A stretch of 64,000 nt of DNA from Escherichia coli (GCF_011045215.1 NZ_CP049201.1); one strand, 5' to 3'; shown: positions 46,480 through 57,201, counted from the first letter of the stretch. Program-made: numbers and translations. The notes: a model not told the origin generated them from the sequence alone.

Positions 46480-46738
46480 GAATCAACTCCGGTGTATTTG
46501 GTGTGTTAGCCTTATCTCCAGCAGGCAACCCGTCAGTTGGATTCGGGTATAAATCTGGTCGCAATTCATGAGGAGTCACCCCAGTTGCAATATAAATTTG
46601 ACGAACCCGTTCCCCCGTCGGAACTCGACCATTGTATTCATTTGCCCATTTGTGTATTTGAGATGGCCAAGCCCCTATTGCACGCCCTAGTGGACGAATA
46701 CCACCAGCAATCTTTATTGCTTTGTCCAATGCTGTCAT
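46463..46738 (-). CDS. YdaS/Cro-like HTH regulator
   Basis: 91 aa, first gene of rightward early operon, divergent from repressor gene. Confidence 0.55.
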   Translation of the reverse strand: MTALDKAIKIAGGIRPLGRAIGAWPSQIHKWANEYNGRVPTGERVRQIYIATGVTPHELRPDLYPNPTDGLPAGDKANTPNTPELIHENQA

Positions 46739-46841
46739 ACAACCTCCAGTTCAACTAATCATAACAATTGTTCACTTAAAACGAACATAAGTCAACACCT
46801 CGAGGAATTGTTAGTGTTCACTGAACGGTTATAATTGCTAA
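46739..46841. promoter_or_regulatory. Immunity-region divergent promoter/operators
   Basis: Palindrome GTTCACTGAAC and related TTGTTCACTT half-sites between divergent repressor and cro-like genes. Confidence 0.45.
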
Positions 46842-47231
46842 ATGGACATGAGAAAAAAGCAATACGACACCCCGCTAGCAGAAAGGTTAGATGCGATCTC
46901 TCAACAGCATCATTTAAGTGGTTCAGATTTAGCGCGTATCGCTGGTGTAGGTCGTTCATCAGTCAACGCATGGAAAAAAAGAGGAACAATCAGTAAAGAT
47001 TCCGCAGCCAAAATTGCAGAAGCCACAAACGTTTCCCTTTCTTGGCTACTGACAGGGAAAGAAGAGACAAATAGAGAAGCGCTTGATGATGACGAGAAGG
47101 CCCTGCTTGATGTTTACAGAAACCTGCCACCTGTAGAACGTAGAAATATGCTGGCAGCTTTTCAAATGCGACTTCAAAAACTGACCGAATTTTACTCAGA
47201 ATACGTCGACCCAATAACACGACAAAAATAA
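46842..47231 (+). CDS. Prophage repressor, HTH (RacR-like; no S24 peptidase domain)
   Basis: 129 aa; N-terminal HTH ...LSGSDLARIAGVGRSSVNAWKK... Confidence 0.6.
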   Translation: MDMRKKQYDTPLAERLDAISQQHHLSGSDLARIAGVGRSSVNAWKKRGTISKDSAAKIAEATNVSLSWLLTGKEETNREALDDDEKALLDVYRNLPPVERRNMLAAFQMRLQKLTEFYSEYVDPITRQK

Positions 47232-47399
47232 TTCTTTATTTTACAGAATCATACCGCCGCAAGGCGGTTTTTTTTACCTTTTACGTATTCATAATGTTGA
47301 CTTTTGTTCACCCAAAGAGAACAATGTATTCCATCAAAGCACAACGGTGCGACAGGTCTTAGTTCCGCTACCCCGGCGTTAAGGGGAAATGAGGTCAAC

Positions 47400-47555
47400 A
47401 TGGATACTATCGATCTTGGCAACAACGAATCTCTGGTATACGGCGTGTTCCCCAACCAGGACGGCACGTTCACCGCCATGACGTATACCAAAAGCAAAAC
47501 GTTTAAAACCGAATCTGGCGCGCGTCGCTGGCTGGAAAGAAACTCAGGTGAGTGA
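47400..47555 (+). CDS. YdaF-like small protein
   Basis: 51 aa MDTIDLGNNESLVYGVFPNQDGTFTAM... with good RBS. Confidence 0.45.
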   Translation: MDTIDLGNNESLVYGVFPNQDGTFTAMTYTKSKTFKTESGARRWLERNSGE

Positions 47556-47556
47556 T

Positions 47557-47685
47557 ATGGATTTCGACACAATCATGGAAAAGGCTTACGAAGAATACTT
47601 CGAAGGCCTTGCCGAAGGCGAAGAAGCTCTCAGCTTCAGCGAATTTAAACAGGCGCTTTCCAGTTCGGTAAAATCTAACGGCTGA
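47557..47685 (+). CDS. YdaG-like small protein
   Basis: 42 aa MDFDTIMEKAYEEYFEGLAEGEE...; below ORF-track length cutoff, read directly. Confidence 0.35.
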   Translation: MDFDTIMEKAYEEYFEGLAEGEEALSFSEFKQALSSSVKSNG

Positions 47686-47714
47686 TAAGCGAAGCGGCAC
47701 CGCGAGGAATCAGT

Positions 47715-47933
47715 ATGCAGAAACGAGAACCCCTCATCATCGCACCAGACTATACCGATGATGAACTTTATGAGTGGATGCGCGGGAAGATACGCGCCAT
47801 TAATGACCTGAAGCAGGCCACTGACCACAAAGAGCGCCTCTCTGAAACACTGACGTCAGTGACGCAGGATATTATCGCTCTGGCAAAAAGCGCGGCATTA
47901 AACGTTTCGCGACCGGTAAAAACAACTGACTAA
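47715..47933 (+). CDS. Hypothetical protein
   Basis: 72 aa ORF. Confidence 0.4.
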   Translation: MQKREPLIIAPDYTDDELYEWMRGKIRAINDLKQATDHKERLSETLTSVTQDIIALAKSAALNVSRPVKTTD

Positions 47934-48102
47934 TGAGGTTAACCATGAATGAGGCAGAACTGAGACACGTTATAGCATTGCTTCTGGAAGATGCAAAACG
48001 TCTACATGAACTGGAACCAAATGCAGGCACAGGGGCCCGTATTTTGTTAGCAAAAAAATGTCTTGCTTCACAAGTGGTAAAAGCAACTGAACAGCGAGGT
48101 TA

Positions 48103-48741
48103 ATGATGGAATTTAAAGATTTACCGCTATCAATCCAGGGGATTGCAGCACACACACTACGTCAACGTCTGAACGAAGCTATGGCTGAATCTGCAACGAA
48201 AGAAACCATTGATAACATGGCTCGTAATGTGCACGATGCGTTTACCGGATTGTATTTCTGTGCGTCTGTAAATAAACACGACCCAGAGAGTGTGGCAAAG
48301 AAAATTGCAGAAACGACAGTGCAAAACATCAATACGAAACCAACCGAAGACGAAATTGACCAGCCTGCCAGTGAACAAAAGAAAGAAAAATCGCCATATG
48401 CGGGGAACATGTTTGTTTATGACAAACTTATCCGAATTCGTGGCGAAATTCCGACTGAATACCTGGCAAAAATTCACCAGGCATTACTTAAAAATCTGGA
48501 AACGGAAGTATTTGATGGCAACACCAACGGCTCCTTCGTGGTGTCAGCCCTCACAAAAGAATGGGATACAGATAATCGCCGGAATGTTGCTACATGGTTA
48601 TTCAGCAACAAAGCTGCTGCCCTGGAAGCTGCGGCCTGTATTTGCGACCTGCTAAGGACAGACCGCAAATACAACCTGGATGTGTATAGCTATATTTATG
48701 CTGAACACTATCCACTCTGGATTGACTGGTTTAAAGGGTAA
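48103..48741 (+). CDS. Hypothetical protein
   Basis: 212 aa ORF in leftward early region. Confidence 0.45.
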   Translation: MMEFKDLPLSIQGIAAHTLRQRLNEAMAESATKETIDNMARNVHDAFTGLYFCASVNKHDPESVAKKIAETTVQNINTKPTEDEIDQPASEQKKEKSPYAGNMFVYDKLIRIRGEIPTEYLAKIHQALLKNLETEVFDGNTNGSFVVSALTKEWDTDNRRNVATWLFSNKAAALEAAACICDLLRTDRKYNLDVYSYIYAEHYPLWIDWFKG

Positions 48742-49983
48742 CACCTGCGGGACCGAGCCGACCAGCACCACGATTATTTTATCCTCCATTAAGGGGTGAA
48801 TTAAAAATGGAGACCAACACGCTGCTACGTGTGGTCGTGCGCCGGACACGGATAACCTTCCGGCATGCTCTTTAACAATCTGGATATCCACAACAGCAAT
48901 AACCTACGGATTGCTGCTCAATGCTCTACCTATCTCTTCTTCAGATGGGGGCGGTATATAGTCATCATTGCGTTCAAATTTAAAGCGCGAATCACATTTC
49001 AGGCATTTAGAAATATGGAACTTATCATGCTCACCAATTTCAACAGGTTGAAGTATTGCTATTACACCATGCTGATAGCAATTGGGACAGGCATAGTGAA
49101 AACATGTGTCTTCTTCGTCGAGGCTGTTCCTGAAAGCATAGACAAAATGCCCAAAACCAGTTTTGTGTATCGTATAGCATTCAAGTTTTCGATTACGCTC
49201 GTCAATTTCATGACATTTTTACTTAAGCAAGAGTATTTCCTCGTACTGAAGCGCGAGCGTTTTCGCTAGCTCTGCGTTCTGTATTTGTAAGTCTGCCAGT
49301 TGGCGACGCATTTCGTAGACAGCCTTTTCACGTTCAGATTGGCTTTTTGCATCAAGTATTACCTGTAATAAATCAATCGAGACTTTAATTGCCGTTATTG
49401 ATGAAGTTATTCCAGATAGCATTCTTAACTCTCTTTGTTGTTGGGGTATCCGGATTATACAAAATTCTTGTTGTTGGGGAACAACAGGAACCACCTCGCC
49501 TGATGTGGTTAAAAGCAGGCACACAACACGAAAGCGCACGGCGAAGGTTTCTTTTCCTTAGAAGGCTTGTCGTTAGATTTCTTCGGCCGTGCGCTTCCGG
49601 TTGTGGCAATCCGCGAAATGGCGCGGCGGTAAGTATGGCGGGGTTATCCTTACCCCCACTGGTAGCACCGGGTTGTCAGGTTGACCATACGCTTAAGTGA
49701 CAACCCCGCTACAACATCTCCATGTTGAGGCTTGTGTGAGACCTTTGGCGGCATCAGTTTAATTGCTGGCTGATGTCCGCCCTTTTTAAAGTGAATTTTG
49801 TGATGTGGTGAATGCGGCTAAGCGCACGCGGAACAGTTAAAAGACCATTTGTTCTCCGTATCAATACTTATGGGTAGGTACTTGCAGGCGGGTCCCTGTA
49901 TTCCGGCGTTAATTGTTAACTGGTTAACGTCACCTGGAGGCACCAGGCACCGCATCACAAAATTCATTGTTGAGGACGCGATA

Positions 49984-50172
49984 ATGGAAACGTTATTACT
50001 CAATTCCACTACGCCTGAGACTCGTTTTGAAATTGGCGTTATCACTGGCGATAAAAACTTTATTGAGGATGCCATTAATCAGATAAAGCATGAGCCAGAT
50101 TCATCAAATGAGATATGCATTGCTTCAATGCTGGCCCGTTTACGCCCGACGCAAAAAGGATGCTGGCAATGA
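49984..50172 (+). CDS. Hypothetical protein
   Basis: About 62 aa from METLLLNSTTPE... Confidence 0.35.
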   Translation: METLLLNSTTPETRFEIGVITGDKNFIEDAINQIKHEPDSSNEICIASMLARLRPTQKGCWQ

Positions 50173-50372
50173 ATACCACATTTGCACTTGTTCTGACGGT
50201 TTTTCTTGTTTCCGGTGAACCAGTTGACATGGTTATTGGCGTATACAGCTCAATGAAAGAATGCATGGCTGCCGCAGATGAACAGAAAATTCCCGGTAAC
50301 TGTTATCCGGTCGATAAAGTTATTCACCAGGATAATAACGAAATCCCGGCAGGACTTAAAACAGCGCCGTAA
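50169..50372 (+). CDS. Hypothetical small secreted/membrane protein
   Basis: About 67 aa from MNTTFALVLTVFLVSG... signal-peptide-like. Confidence 0.4.
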   Translation: MNTTFALVLTVFLVSGEPVDMVIGVYSSMKECMAAADEQKIPGNCYPVDKVIHQDNNEIPAGLKTAP

Positions 50373-50449
50373 TTGATATTCGGTTTCATTTTTATATGTC
50401 AGCAATGACAGGGATTTGTTCACCCTTAAATCTGTAATGAGGTTTATCA

Positions 50450-52885
50450 ATGAGCACTGATAAAGAAGAATTTGCATTATATTGTGAAGCAAAAAATGAC
50501 AAAGTCAGAAAACGCCTTGGAATTAAAGGTGGTTTTTACTGGACTACAGCAAAAAAATTATCTGTTGCCATCTCCCGCTGCATTACCGCAATGGATGACA
50601 ACGATTATGATGAAGACGACTTTAAAAAACCCGTCCGCGTCCATTTACCCGTTGTGAATGACCTTCCACCTGAAGGCGTGTTTGATACTGAATTCTGTAA
50701 CCGTTACGAAAAAGGCGGGGAAGATGGCATCACAATGGTATTTATCGCGCCCTCACCCTCTGCGCAGGACAAACCAGCCAACATTGACAATACCAACGTC
50801 AACGGCGAAGACATGACTGAGATTGAGGAGAACATGCTCCTGCCGGTTTCAGGTCAGATTCTGCCTGTTCGATGGCTGGCACAGCACGGCAGCAAAAAAC
50901 CGATCACACACGTTTCGCGGGACGAACTGCGCGCATTACATAACGCACAGGATGAAAAACTTCCCGCCGTTACCGCGCTGGCTATCTCAAATAAAGCAGC
51001 GCAACTCGAACCGCTGGAGATTCGCGATCTCCACAAACTGGTGCGAGACACTGACAAAGTTTTCCCCGCCCCCGTAAATTCGGACCTGGGACTGATAACC
51101 TCTTTTATCGAAGCATACCTAGACGCCGACTACACCGATCGCGGTCTGCTGACAAAAGAGTGGATGAAAGGAAATCGTGTTTCGCGTATCACCCGTACGG
51201 CTTCCGGTGCAAATGCCGGTGGCGGGAACAAAACCGATCGCAATCCGAATTTAGTACACACCTTCGATACGCTGGATGTGGAGATTGCAACAGCCACACT
51301 TCCGATGGATTTTAATATTTATGAAATTCCGGGCAGCGTTTATCGTCGCGCAAAAGAAATCGTCCTGAAAAGAGAAAGTCCGTTCAAAGAATGGTCCGCA
51401 GCACTTCGCGCAACCCCGGGTATTCTGGATTATTCCCGCGCCGCTATTTTTGCACTTATCCGGAGCGCTCACCCTGAGTTTTATCACTACCCGGGACGCC
51501 TTCAGGGGTATATCAACGCCCACTTAACGGAGACTGATCACGAGAACCCCAGCAAGGAAACTCTCACTGCTGCACGACATACACCGGAAAAAGACATCCT
51601 GGAAGAAGTTAACCGCGAACTGGCTGCTGAACGCGAAACAGAAGAAGAAAAAAATAATGAGGAAAAATCACAACCGTCTGACGCAATGGCAGATGAACAG
51701 GCAACGACTGAAGCAATGGGACAGGATACAACTGAATATCGCCAGGACACACAATCGCTGGATACTCAGGCACAGATAAATCCGGTTAATCAGGTAAAAG
51801 TTACCGCTGACGAAGTAAACAAAATTATGCAGGCAGCCAATATCAACCAGCCTGATGCCGACAAAATACTGGCAGTCCATCGCGGTGAATTCGTTGACGG
51901 AATTAGCGACCCGAATGATCCGAAATGGGTTAAGGGGATTGAAACCCGCGATTCTGTGAACCAGAACCAGCCCGAATCGGAACAAAACAGCCAAAATGCG
52001 TTACAAAACGAGCCAGAAACGAAACAGCCTGAACCAGAAGAGCAACAAGAACCGGAAAAAGTCTGCACCGCCTGCGGTCAGACCGGCGGCGGCAACTGTC
52101 CTGACTGTGGCGCGGTGATGGGCGACGCAACATACCAGGAAACATTCGATGAAAAAAATCAGGCTGAAGTTCAGGAAGATGATCCGGAGGAAATGGAAGG
52201 CGCTGAACATCCGAACAATGAGAATGCTGGTAACGATCAGTATCACGCCAGCGATAGTGAAACTGGCGAGGCGACAGATCCCTTAATTAATGTGAACGGT
52301 CATCACGAAATCACATCCACCAGCAGTACGTGTGACCATCTAATGATCGACCTTGAAACCATGGGAAAAAATCCTGATGCCCCGATTATCTCAATAGGTG
52401 CAATATTTTTCGATCCGCAAACCGGAGATATGGGACCGGAATTTAGTAAGACTATAGATCTGGAAACAGCTGGCGGAGTCATTGATCGTGACACCATTAA
52501 ATGGTGGCTTAAGCAATCACGCGAGGCGCAATCTGCCATTCTGACCGATGAAATCCCGTTAGATGATGCACTGTTGCAATTGCGGGAATTTATCGACGAA
52601 AACTCCGGCGAATTTTTTGTTCGTGTCTGGGGAAATGGAGCCAGCTTCGACAACGTAATTTTACGCCGTTCATATGAACGGCAGGGGATCCCCTGCCCGT
52701 GGCGTTACTACAACGATCGCGATGTACGCACAATTCTTGAACTGGGAAAAGCCATAGACTTCGATGCCAGAACGGCTATTCCATTCGAAGGCGTACCCCA
52801 CAATGCGCTGGACGATGCCCGTCACCAGGCAAAACAAGTTTCAGCTATCTGGCAAAACCTGATCCCGAGTCAGGCTGATTTTTAA
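50450..52885 (+). CDS. RecE-like protein with C-terminal DEDDh (DnaQ-type) 3'-5' exonuclease domain
   Basis: 811 aa; N-terminal two-thirds resemble Rac RecE non-catalytic region (recollection); C-terminus has IDLETMG, GNGASFDN, HNALDDARH exonuclease motifs. Confidence 0.65.
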   Translation: MSTDKEEFALYCEAKNDKVRKRLGIKGGFYWTTAKKLSVAISRCITAMDDNDYDEDDFKKPVRVHLPVVNDLPPEGVFDTEFCNRYEKGGEDGITMVFIAPSPSAQDKPANIDNTNVNGEDMTEIEENMLLPVSGQILPVRWLAQHGSKKPITHVSRDELRALHNAQDEKLPAVTALAISNKAAQLEPLEIRDLHKLVRDTDKVFPAPVNSDLGLITSFIEAYLDADYTDRGLLTKEWMKGNRVSRITRTASGANAGGGNKTDRNPNLVHTFDTLDVEIATATLPMDFNIYEIPGSVYRRAKEIVLKRESPFKEWSAALRATPGILDYSRAAIFALIRSAHPEFYHYPGRLQGYINAHLTETDHENPSKETLTAARHTPEKDILEEVNRELAAERETEEEKNNEEKSQPSDAMADEQATTEAMGQDTTEYRQDTQSLDTQAQINPVNQVKVTADEVNKIMQAANINQPDADKILAVHRGEFVDGISDPNDPKWVKGIETRDSVNQNQPESEQNSQNALQNEPETKQPEPEEQQEPEKVCTACGQTGGGNCPDCGAVMGDATYQETFDEKNQAEVQEDDPEEMEGAEHPNNENAGNDQYHASDSETGEATDPLINVNGHHEITSTSSTCDHLMIDLETMGKNPDAPIISIGAIFFDPQTGDMGPEFSKTIDLETAGGVIDRDTIKWWLKQSREAQSAILTDEIPLDDALLQLREFIDENSGEFFVRVWGNGASFDNVILRRSYERQGIPCPWRYYNDRDVRTILELGKAIDFDARTAIPFEGVPHNALDDARHQAKQVSAIWQNLIPSQADF

Positions 52886-52949
52886 TGTTCAACCCCGGTC
52901 GTCGCCCACTAGCTATAGTGGTGGCGACCATGATTAGCGAACGACGCTC

Positions 52950-53198
52950 ATGGCAAGACTTATTCTGCTCACTGAGTGGGCAAAAGAGGAATTCAGCGAT
53001 CCGGTCCCTACTCCGGGCACGTTAAGTAAATACGCTAAAGCCGGAATGATATTTCCTCTCCCCAAAAAAGTTGGAAGACACTGGCGAGTGGATCCACGAG
53101 CTCGCTTTGTCGGAATGGTAAACAAGCCGGAGGTGATCGCCACAGATCACCCTGCTTTGAAGAGGATACTGGAAGATGGCGCGCCCGCGAAAATATAA
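52950..53198 (+). CDS. Excisionase-like protein
   Basis: 82 aa directly upstream of and overlapping int. Confidence 0.6.
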   Translation: MARLILLTEWAKEEFSDPVPTPGTLSKYAKAGMIFPLPKKVGRHWRVDPRARFVGMVNKPEVIATDHPALKRILEDGAPAKI

Positions 53199-54306
53199 AA
53201 CCGAAGTTCCGGGACTATCTCCGTATTTTGACAAAAGAAATAACAAAGTTTACTGGCGTTACAGGCATCCCATAACAGGCAAAAATCACGGTCTCGGCAG
53301 TATTGACCAGAAACTGGCAGAAACTATTGCAGCAGAAGCGAACAGCCGTCTTGCCAGGCAGCAAATGGAACAAATGCTCAGTCTGCAGGAGAAAATTATT
53401 AATGATACCGGCGGTTCATCAACCGTTTCCATTTTTCTGAATAATTACAGAAAAATTCAACAGGAAAGATATGAAAACGGAGAGATCAAACTCAACACGC
53501 TGAAACAAAAAGCGGCCCCTCTCAGGGTATTTGATGAACGTTTTGGCACCAGACCGTTAGATGCCATAACTGTAAAAGATGTGGTATCGGTGCTGGAAGA
53601 GTACAAGGCCAGAGGACATAACAGAATGGGGCAAATTTTCAGGAAGGTACTGATCGATGTTTTCCGGGAAGCTCAGCAAACAGGCGATGTTCCGCCAGGC
53701 TTTAACCCTGCAGAATCGGCAAAAAAACCGCAGGTGCGGATATCAAGACAGCGACTGACTTTTGATGAGTGGATGATGATTTATAACGCAGCGGAAAAGG
53801 ATGGTTACTTTTTACAGCGCGGCATGCTGCTGGCACTGATGACAGGCCAGCGCCTTTCAGATATTTGCAAAATGCAATTTTCGGATATCCGGGATGGTTA
53901 TCTTCATGTCGAACAGCAAAAAACAGGAACCCGGATTGCCATCCCTCTTGCTCTGCGTTGCAATAAATTAAATCTCACCCTGGATGATGTGGTGTCATCC
54001 TGTCGCGATTGCGTTCTTAGTCCGTGGCTATTGCACCACCATCATGCGAAAGGGACAGCCAAGCGCGGCGGGATGGTTAAGCCAGCAACGTTAACAGTTG
54101 CATTTAAAAAAGCGCGGGATTCTGTGGATTACAACTGGCGTGCTAATGGCACCCCACCCTCTTTCCATGAGCAGAGATCTTTATCAGAGCGATTGTTCAG
54201 AGAGCAGGGAATTGATACCCAAATTTTGCTGGGTCATTCGAATCAAAAAATGACCGATATTTACAACGATGCACGCGGCAAGGAGTGGAAAAAACTGGTC
54301 ATTTGA
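53176..54306 (+). CDS. Tyrosine integrase, lambda type
   Basis: 376 aa; MARPRKYKTEVPGLSPY... N-terminal arm-binding domain; catalytic ...LLGHSNQKMTDIY...; last prophage gene before ompW. Confidence 0.9.
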   Translation: MARPRKYKTEVPGLSPYFDKRNNKVYWRYRHPITGKNHGLGSIDQKLAETIAAEANSRLARQQMEQMLSLQEKIINDTGGSSTVSIFLNNYRKIQQERYENGEIKLNTLKQKAAPLRVFDERFGTRPLDAITVKDVVSVLEEYKARGHNRMGQIFRKVLIDVFREAQQTGDVPPGFNPAESAKKPQVRISRQRLTFDEWMMIYNAAEKDGYFLQRGMLLALMTGQRLSDICKMQFSDIRDGYLHVEQQKTGTRIAIPLALRCNKLNLTLDDVVSSCRDCVLSPWLLHHHHAKGTAKRGGMVKPATLTVAFKKARDSVDYNWRANGTPPSFHEQRSLSERLFREQGIDTQILLGHSNQKMTDIYNDARGKEWKKLVI

Positions 54307-54351
54307 TGACCAGTTTTGCAGAGGAGTTTTGCAGAGATTTTGCAGAGAAAA
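54307..54351. repeat. Three TTTTGCAGAG direct repeats at prophage-chromosome junction (att region?)
   Basis: agTTTTGCAGAGgagTTTTGCAGAGatTTTGCAGAGaaaa between int stop and ompW stop. Confidence 0.45.
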
Positions 54352-54990
54352 TTAAAAGCGGTACCCGGCAGAGAACATAAACACCCACGGATCCAGTCGT
54401 ACCGCGTCTTTCACGGGTGTTCCGTTAGATTTATAGCTGGCTGTGGTATCGATATCCATGTACCACACTGACATGTTAACCAACCAGTCACGGTTAATCA
54501 GATAATCAACCCCCACCTGCCCGGCAGCTCCCCAGGAATCTTTCAGACTGAGATCGGAAAGCCCCGCCTCTTTGCCATGATCGTTAAATCCATTATCAAA
54601 GAAGGTGGTGTAGTTAATACCTGCCCCAACATAAGGACGGAATTTGCTGCTGGCATCACCAAAATACCACTGCGCCATCAGTGTTGGCGGCAGATGATGA
54701 ACGGTTGCAATATCGCCGGTCGCCCGGGTGCCGATTTTATGGCGGAACGGCGTCGCTGCCAGTAATTCCACACCAATGTTGTCGGTCGCCATATAAGTAA
54801 ACGTCAGGCCCAGTTGAGTGTTATTGGTCACGCTGAATCCACCCAGACTTCCTAACGTACCACCAGCACCTTCTGTTGGACGTACGGTTGCAGAACCTGC
54901 ACGCATAAAAAATTCGCCTGCTTCATGCGCAAAGGCACTGCCAGAGAGAAGAGTTGTTACTGCCAAAGCCGCCACTGTTAACTTTTTCAT
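54352..54990 (-). CDS. ompW: Outer membrane protein W
   Basis: 212 aa; MKKLTVAALAVTTLLSGSAFA signal peptide; ...SAGYRF C-terminus. Confidence 0.95.
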   Translation of the reverse strand: MKKLTVAALAVTTLLSGSAFAHEAGEFFMRAGSATVRPTEGAGGTLGSLGGFSVTNNTQLGLTFTYMATDNIGVELLAATPFRHKIGTRATGDIATVHHLPPTLMAQWYFGDASSKFRPYVGAGINYTTFFDNGFNDHGKEAGLSDLSLKDSWGAAGQVGVDYLINRDWLVNMSVWYMDIDTTASYKSNGTPVKDAVRLDPWVFMFSAGYRF

Positions 54991-55346
54991 ATCCGCTCCG
55001 TCGTTATGGTTATAAAAACGTGACGAATATACCTACATTGGAGTAACAAATGATCCTACATAGATCACATTACATATGATAATTCACCATTTATTGATCT
55101 GGATTAATTTAGAAGTTGCATTGAGAATCCTGGTTAACGTGATTTAAATCAATTTTTAAATATTTTCGCTACGCAAATATTAACTCGTTCGCCACTTGCC
55201 GCGGTTTGCCCACGCCTGAAGGCCAGCAATTACCTCCGCTTTACAAAGATATGCTTTTCCATACAAGACCTGATGCTGCCACCCGAGGCTTAACCAGGGT
55301 ACAATTGCCCGCTAATTAACACCTGCATAAAACTCAAGGAGAGTGC

Positions 55347-56090
55347 ATGTCTATCACGGCGCAGTCCGTATACCGTGACACCGGAAATTTCTTCCGTAAT
55401 CAATTTATGACCATTCTGTTGGTATCGTTGCTATGTGCGTTTATCACAGTGGTGTTAGGGCATGTTTTCTCACCCAGTGATGCACAGCTTGCGCAGCTCA
55501 ATGACGGCGTGCCCGTTAGCGGCAGTAGTGGGTTGTTCGACCTGGTTCAGAATATGTCACCGGAACAGCAACAAATTTTGCTGCAGGCTTCAGCGGCGTC
55601 CACTTTTTCAGGATTAATCGGTAACGCCATTCTCGCCGGAGGCGTAATATTAATTATCCAGCTGGTGTCTGCGGGTCAGAGAGTCAGTGCGCTGCGAGCT
55701 ATTGGTGCCAGTGCGCCGATATTGCCAAAGTTATTTATTCTGATTTTTCTGACTACCCTTTTAGTACAGATTGGCATCATGCTGGTGGTCGTTCCGGGAA
55801 TTATCATGGCCATATTACTGGCCCTGGCACCGGTGATGTTGGTACAGGACAAAATGGGCGTTTTTGCCTCGATGCGTAGCAGTATGCGGCTGACTTGGGC
55901 GAATATGCGTCTGGTGGCACCCGCAGTACTGAGCTGGTTGCTGGCAAAAACACTGTTGCTGCTTTTTGCCTCTTCTTTTGCCGCATTAACCCCGGAAATT
56001 GGTGCCGTACTGGCGAACACCTTGAGCAACCTGATTTCAGCCATATTGCTCATCTATCTGTTCCGCCTGTATATGTTGATTCGCCAATAA
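55347..56090 (+). CDS. yciC: Inner membrane protein YciC
   Basis: 247 aa multi-TM protein; K-12 synteny. Confidence 0.9.
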
Positions 56091-56119
56091 CCTTAAGCAT
56101 TTGATTACGGAATCGTAAA

Positions 56120-56659
56120 ATGAAGCAGTTTCTTGATTTTTTACCGCTGGTTGTCTTTTTCGCGTTTTACAAGATTTATGACATCTATGCGGCTACTGCG
56201 GCGCTGATCGTCGCCACGGCGATTGTGCTTATCTATAGCTGGGTTCGCTTTCGTAAGGTTGAGAAGATGGCCCTGATCACTTTTGTTCTGGTGGTCGTCT
56301 TCGGTGGCTTGACGCTGTTCTTCCACAATGATGAGTTTATAAAATGGAAGGTTACTGTCATTTATGCCCTGTTTGCGGGTGCCCTGTTAGTCAGCCAATG
56401 GGTGATGAAAAAGCCGCTAATTCAGCGGATGCTGGGTAAAGAACTCACGCTGCCGCAACCGGTATGGTCGAAGCTGAATCTGGCCTGGGCTGTTTTCTTT
56501 ATCCTTTGCGGTCTGGCAAACATCTACATCGCATTCTGGCTGCCGCAAAATATTTGGGTCAACTTTAAAGTCTTTGGCCTGACCGCCCTTACCTTAATCT
56601 TCACATTGTTAAGCGGTATCTATATCTACCGCCACATGCCGCAGGAAGATAAATCCTAA
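56120..56659 (+). CDS. yciB: Inner membrane protein YciB (septation protein A family)
   Basis: 179 aa; synteny yciC-yciB-yciA. Confidence 0.9.
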   Translation: MKQFLDFLPLVVFFAFYKIYDIYAATAALIVATAIVLIYSWVRFRKVEKMALITFVLVVVFGGLTLFFHNDEFIKWKVTVIYALFAGALLVSQWVMKKPLIQRMLGKELTLPQPVWSKLNLAWAVFFILCGLANIYIAFWLPQNIWVNFKVFGLTALTLIFTLLSGIYIYRHMPQEDKS

Positions 56660-56763
56660 CCAGACTGCCAGTCCTTCGGGGCTGGCGCTGTATCTCCTCT
56701 GTTCTCCTCAGGAAAATCATAGTAGCATCGCGCCTGTGATTTTCCTTTTAAGTCGGTTTTACC

Positions 56764-57162
56764 ATGTCTACAACACATAACGTCCCTCAGGGCGATCTTG
56801 TTTTACGTACTTTAGCCATGCCCGCCGATACCAATGCCAATGGTGACATCTTTGGTGGTTGGTTAATGTCACAAATGGATATTGGCGGCGCTATTCTGGC
56901 GAAAGAAATTGCCCACGGTCGCGTAGTGACTGTGCGGGTTGAAGGAATGACTTTCTTACGGCCGGTTGCGGTCGGCGATGTGGTGTGCTGCTATGCACGC
57001 TGTGTCCAGAAAGGGACGACATCGGTCAGCATTAATATTGAAGTGTGGGTGAAAAAAGTAGCGTCTGAACCAATCGGGCAACGCTATAAAGCGACAGAAG
57101 CATTATTTAAGTATGTCGCGGTTGATCCTGAAGGAAAACCTCGCGCCTTACCTGTTGAGTAA
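56764..57162 (+). CDS. yciA: Acyl-CoA thioesterase YciA
   Basis: 132 aa hotdog-fold thioesterase; synteny. Confidence 0.9.
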   Translation: MSTTHNVPQGDLVLRTLAMPADTNANGDIFGGWLMSQMDIGGAILAKEIAHGRVVTVRVEGMTFLRPVAVGDVVCCYARCVQKGTTSVSINIEVWVKKVASEPIGQRYKATEALFKYVAVDPEGKPRALPVE

Positions 57163-57201
57163 TAGTCAAAAGCCTCCGGTCGGAGGCTTTTGACTTTCTG
57201 C

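Larger units (their letters stand above)
1..54351. mobile_element. Composite lambdoid prophage region (left end beyond window; right end at lambda-type int next to ompW)
   Basis: Contiguous phage genes: tail, head, lysis, Q, replication, immunity, recE-like, xis, int; chromosomal genes resume at ompW. Confidence 0.8.

Noticed and set aside
48865-49269. 134-aa plus-strand ORF
   Set aside because: Translation is low-complexity (Phe/Ile/Lys-rich) and antisense to a much more protein-like Cys-rich minus-strand frame.
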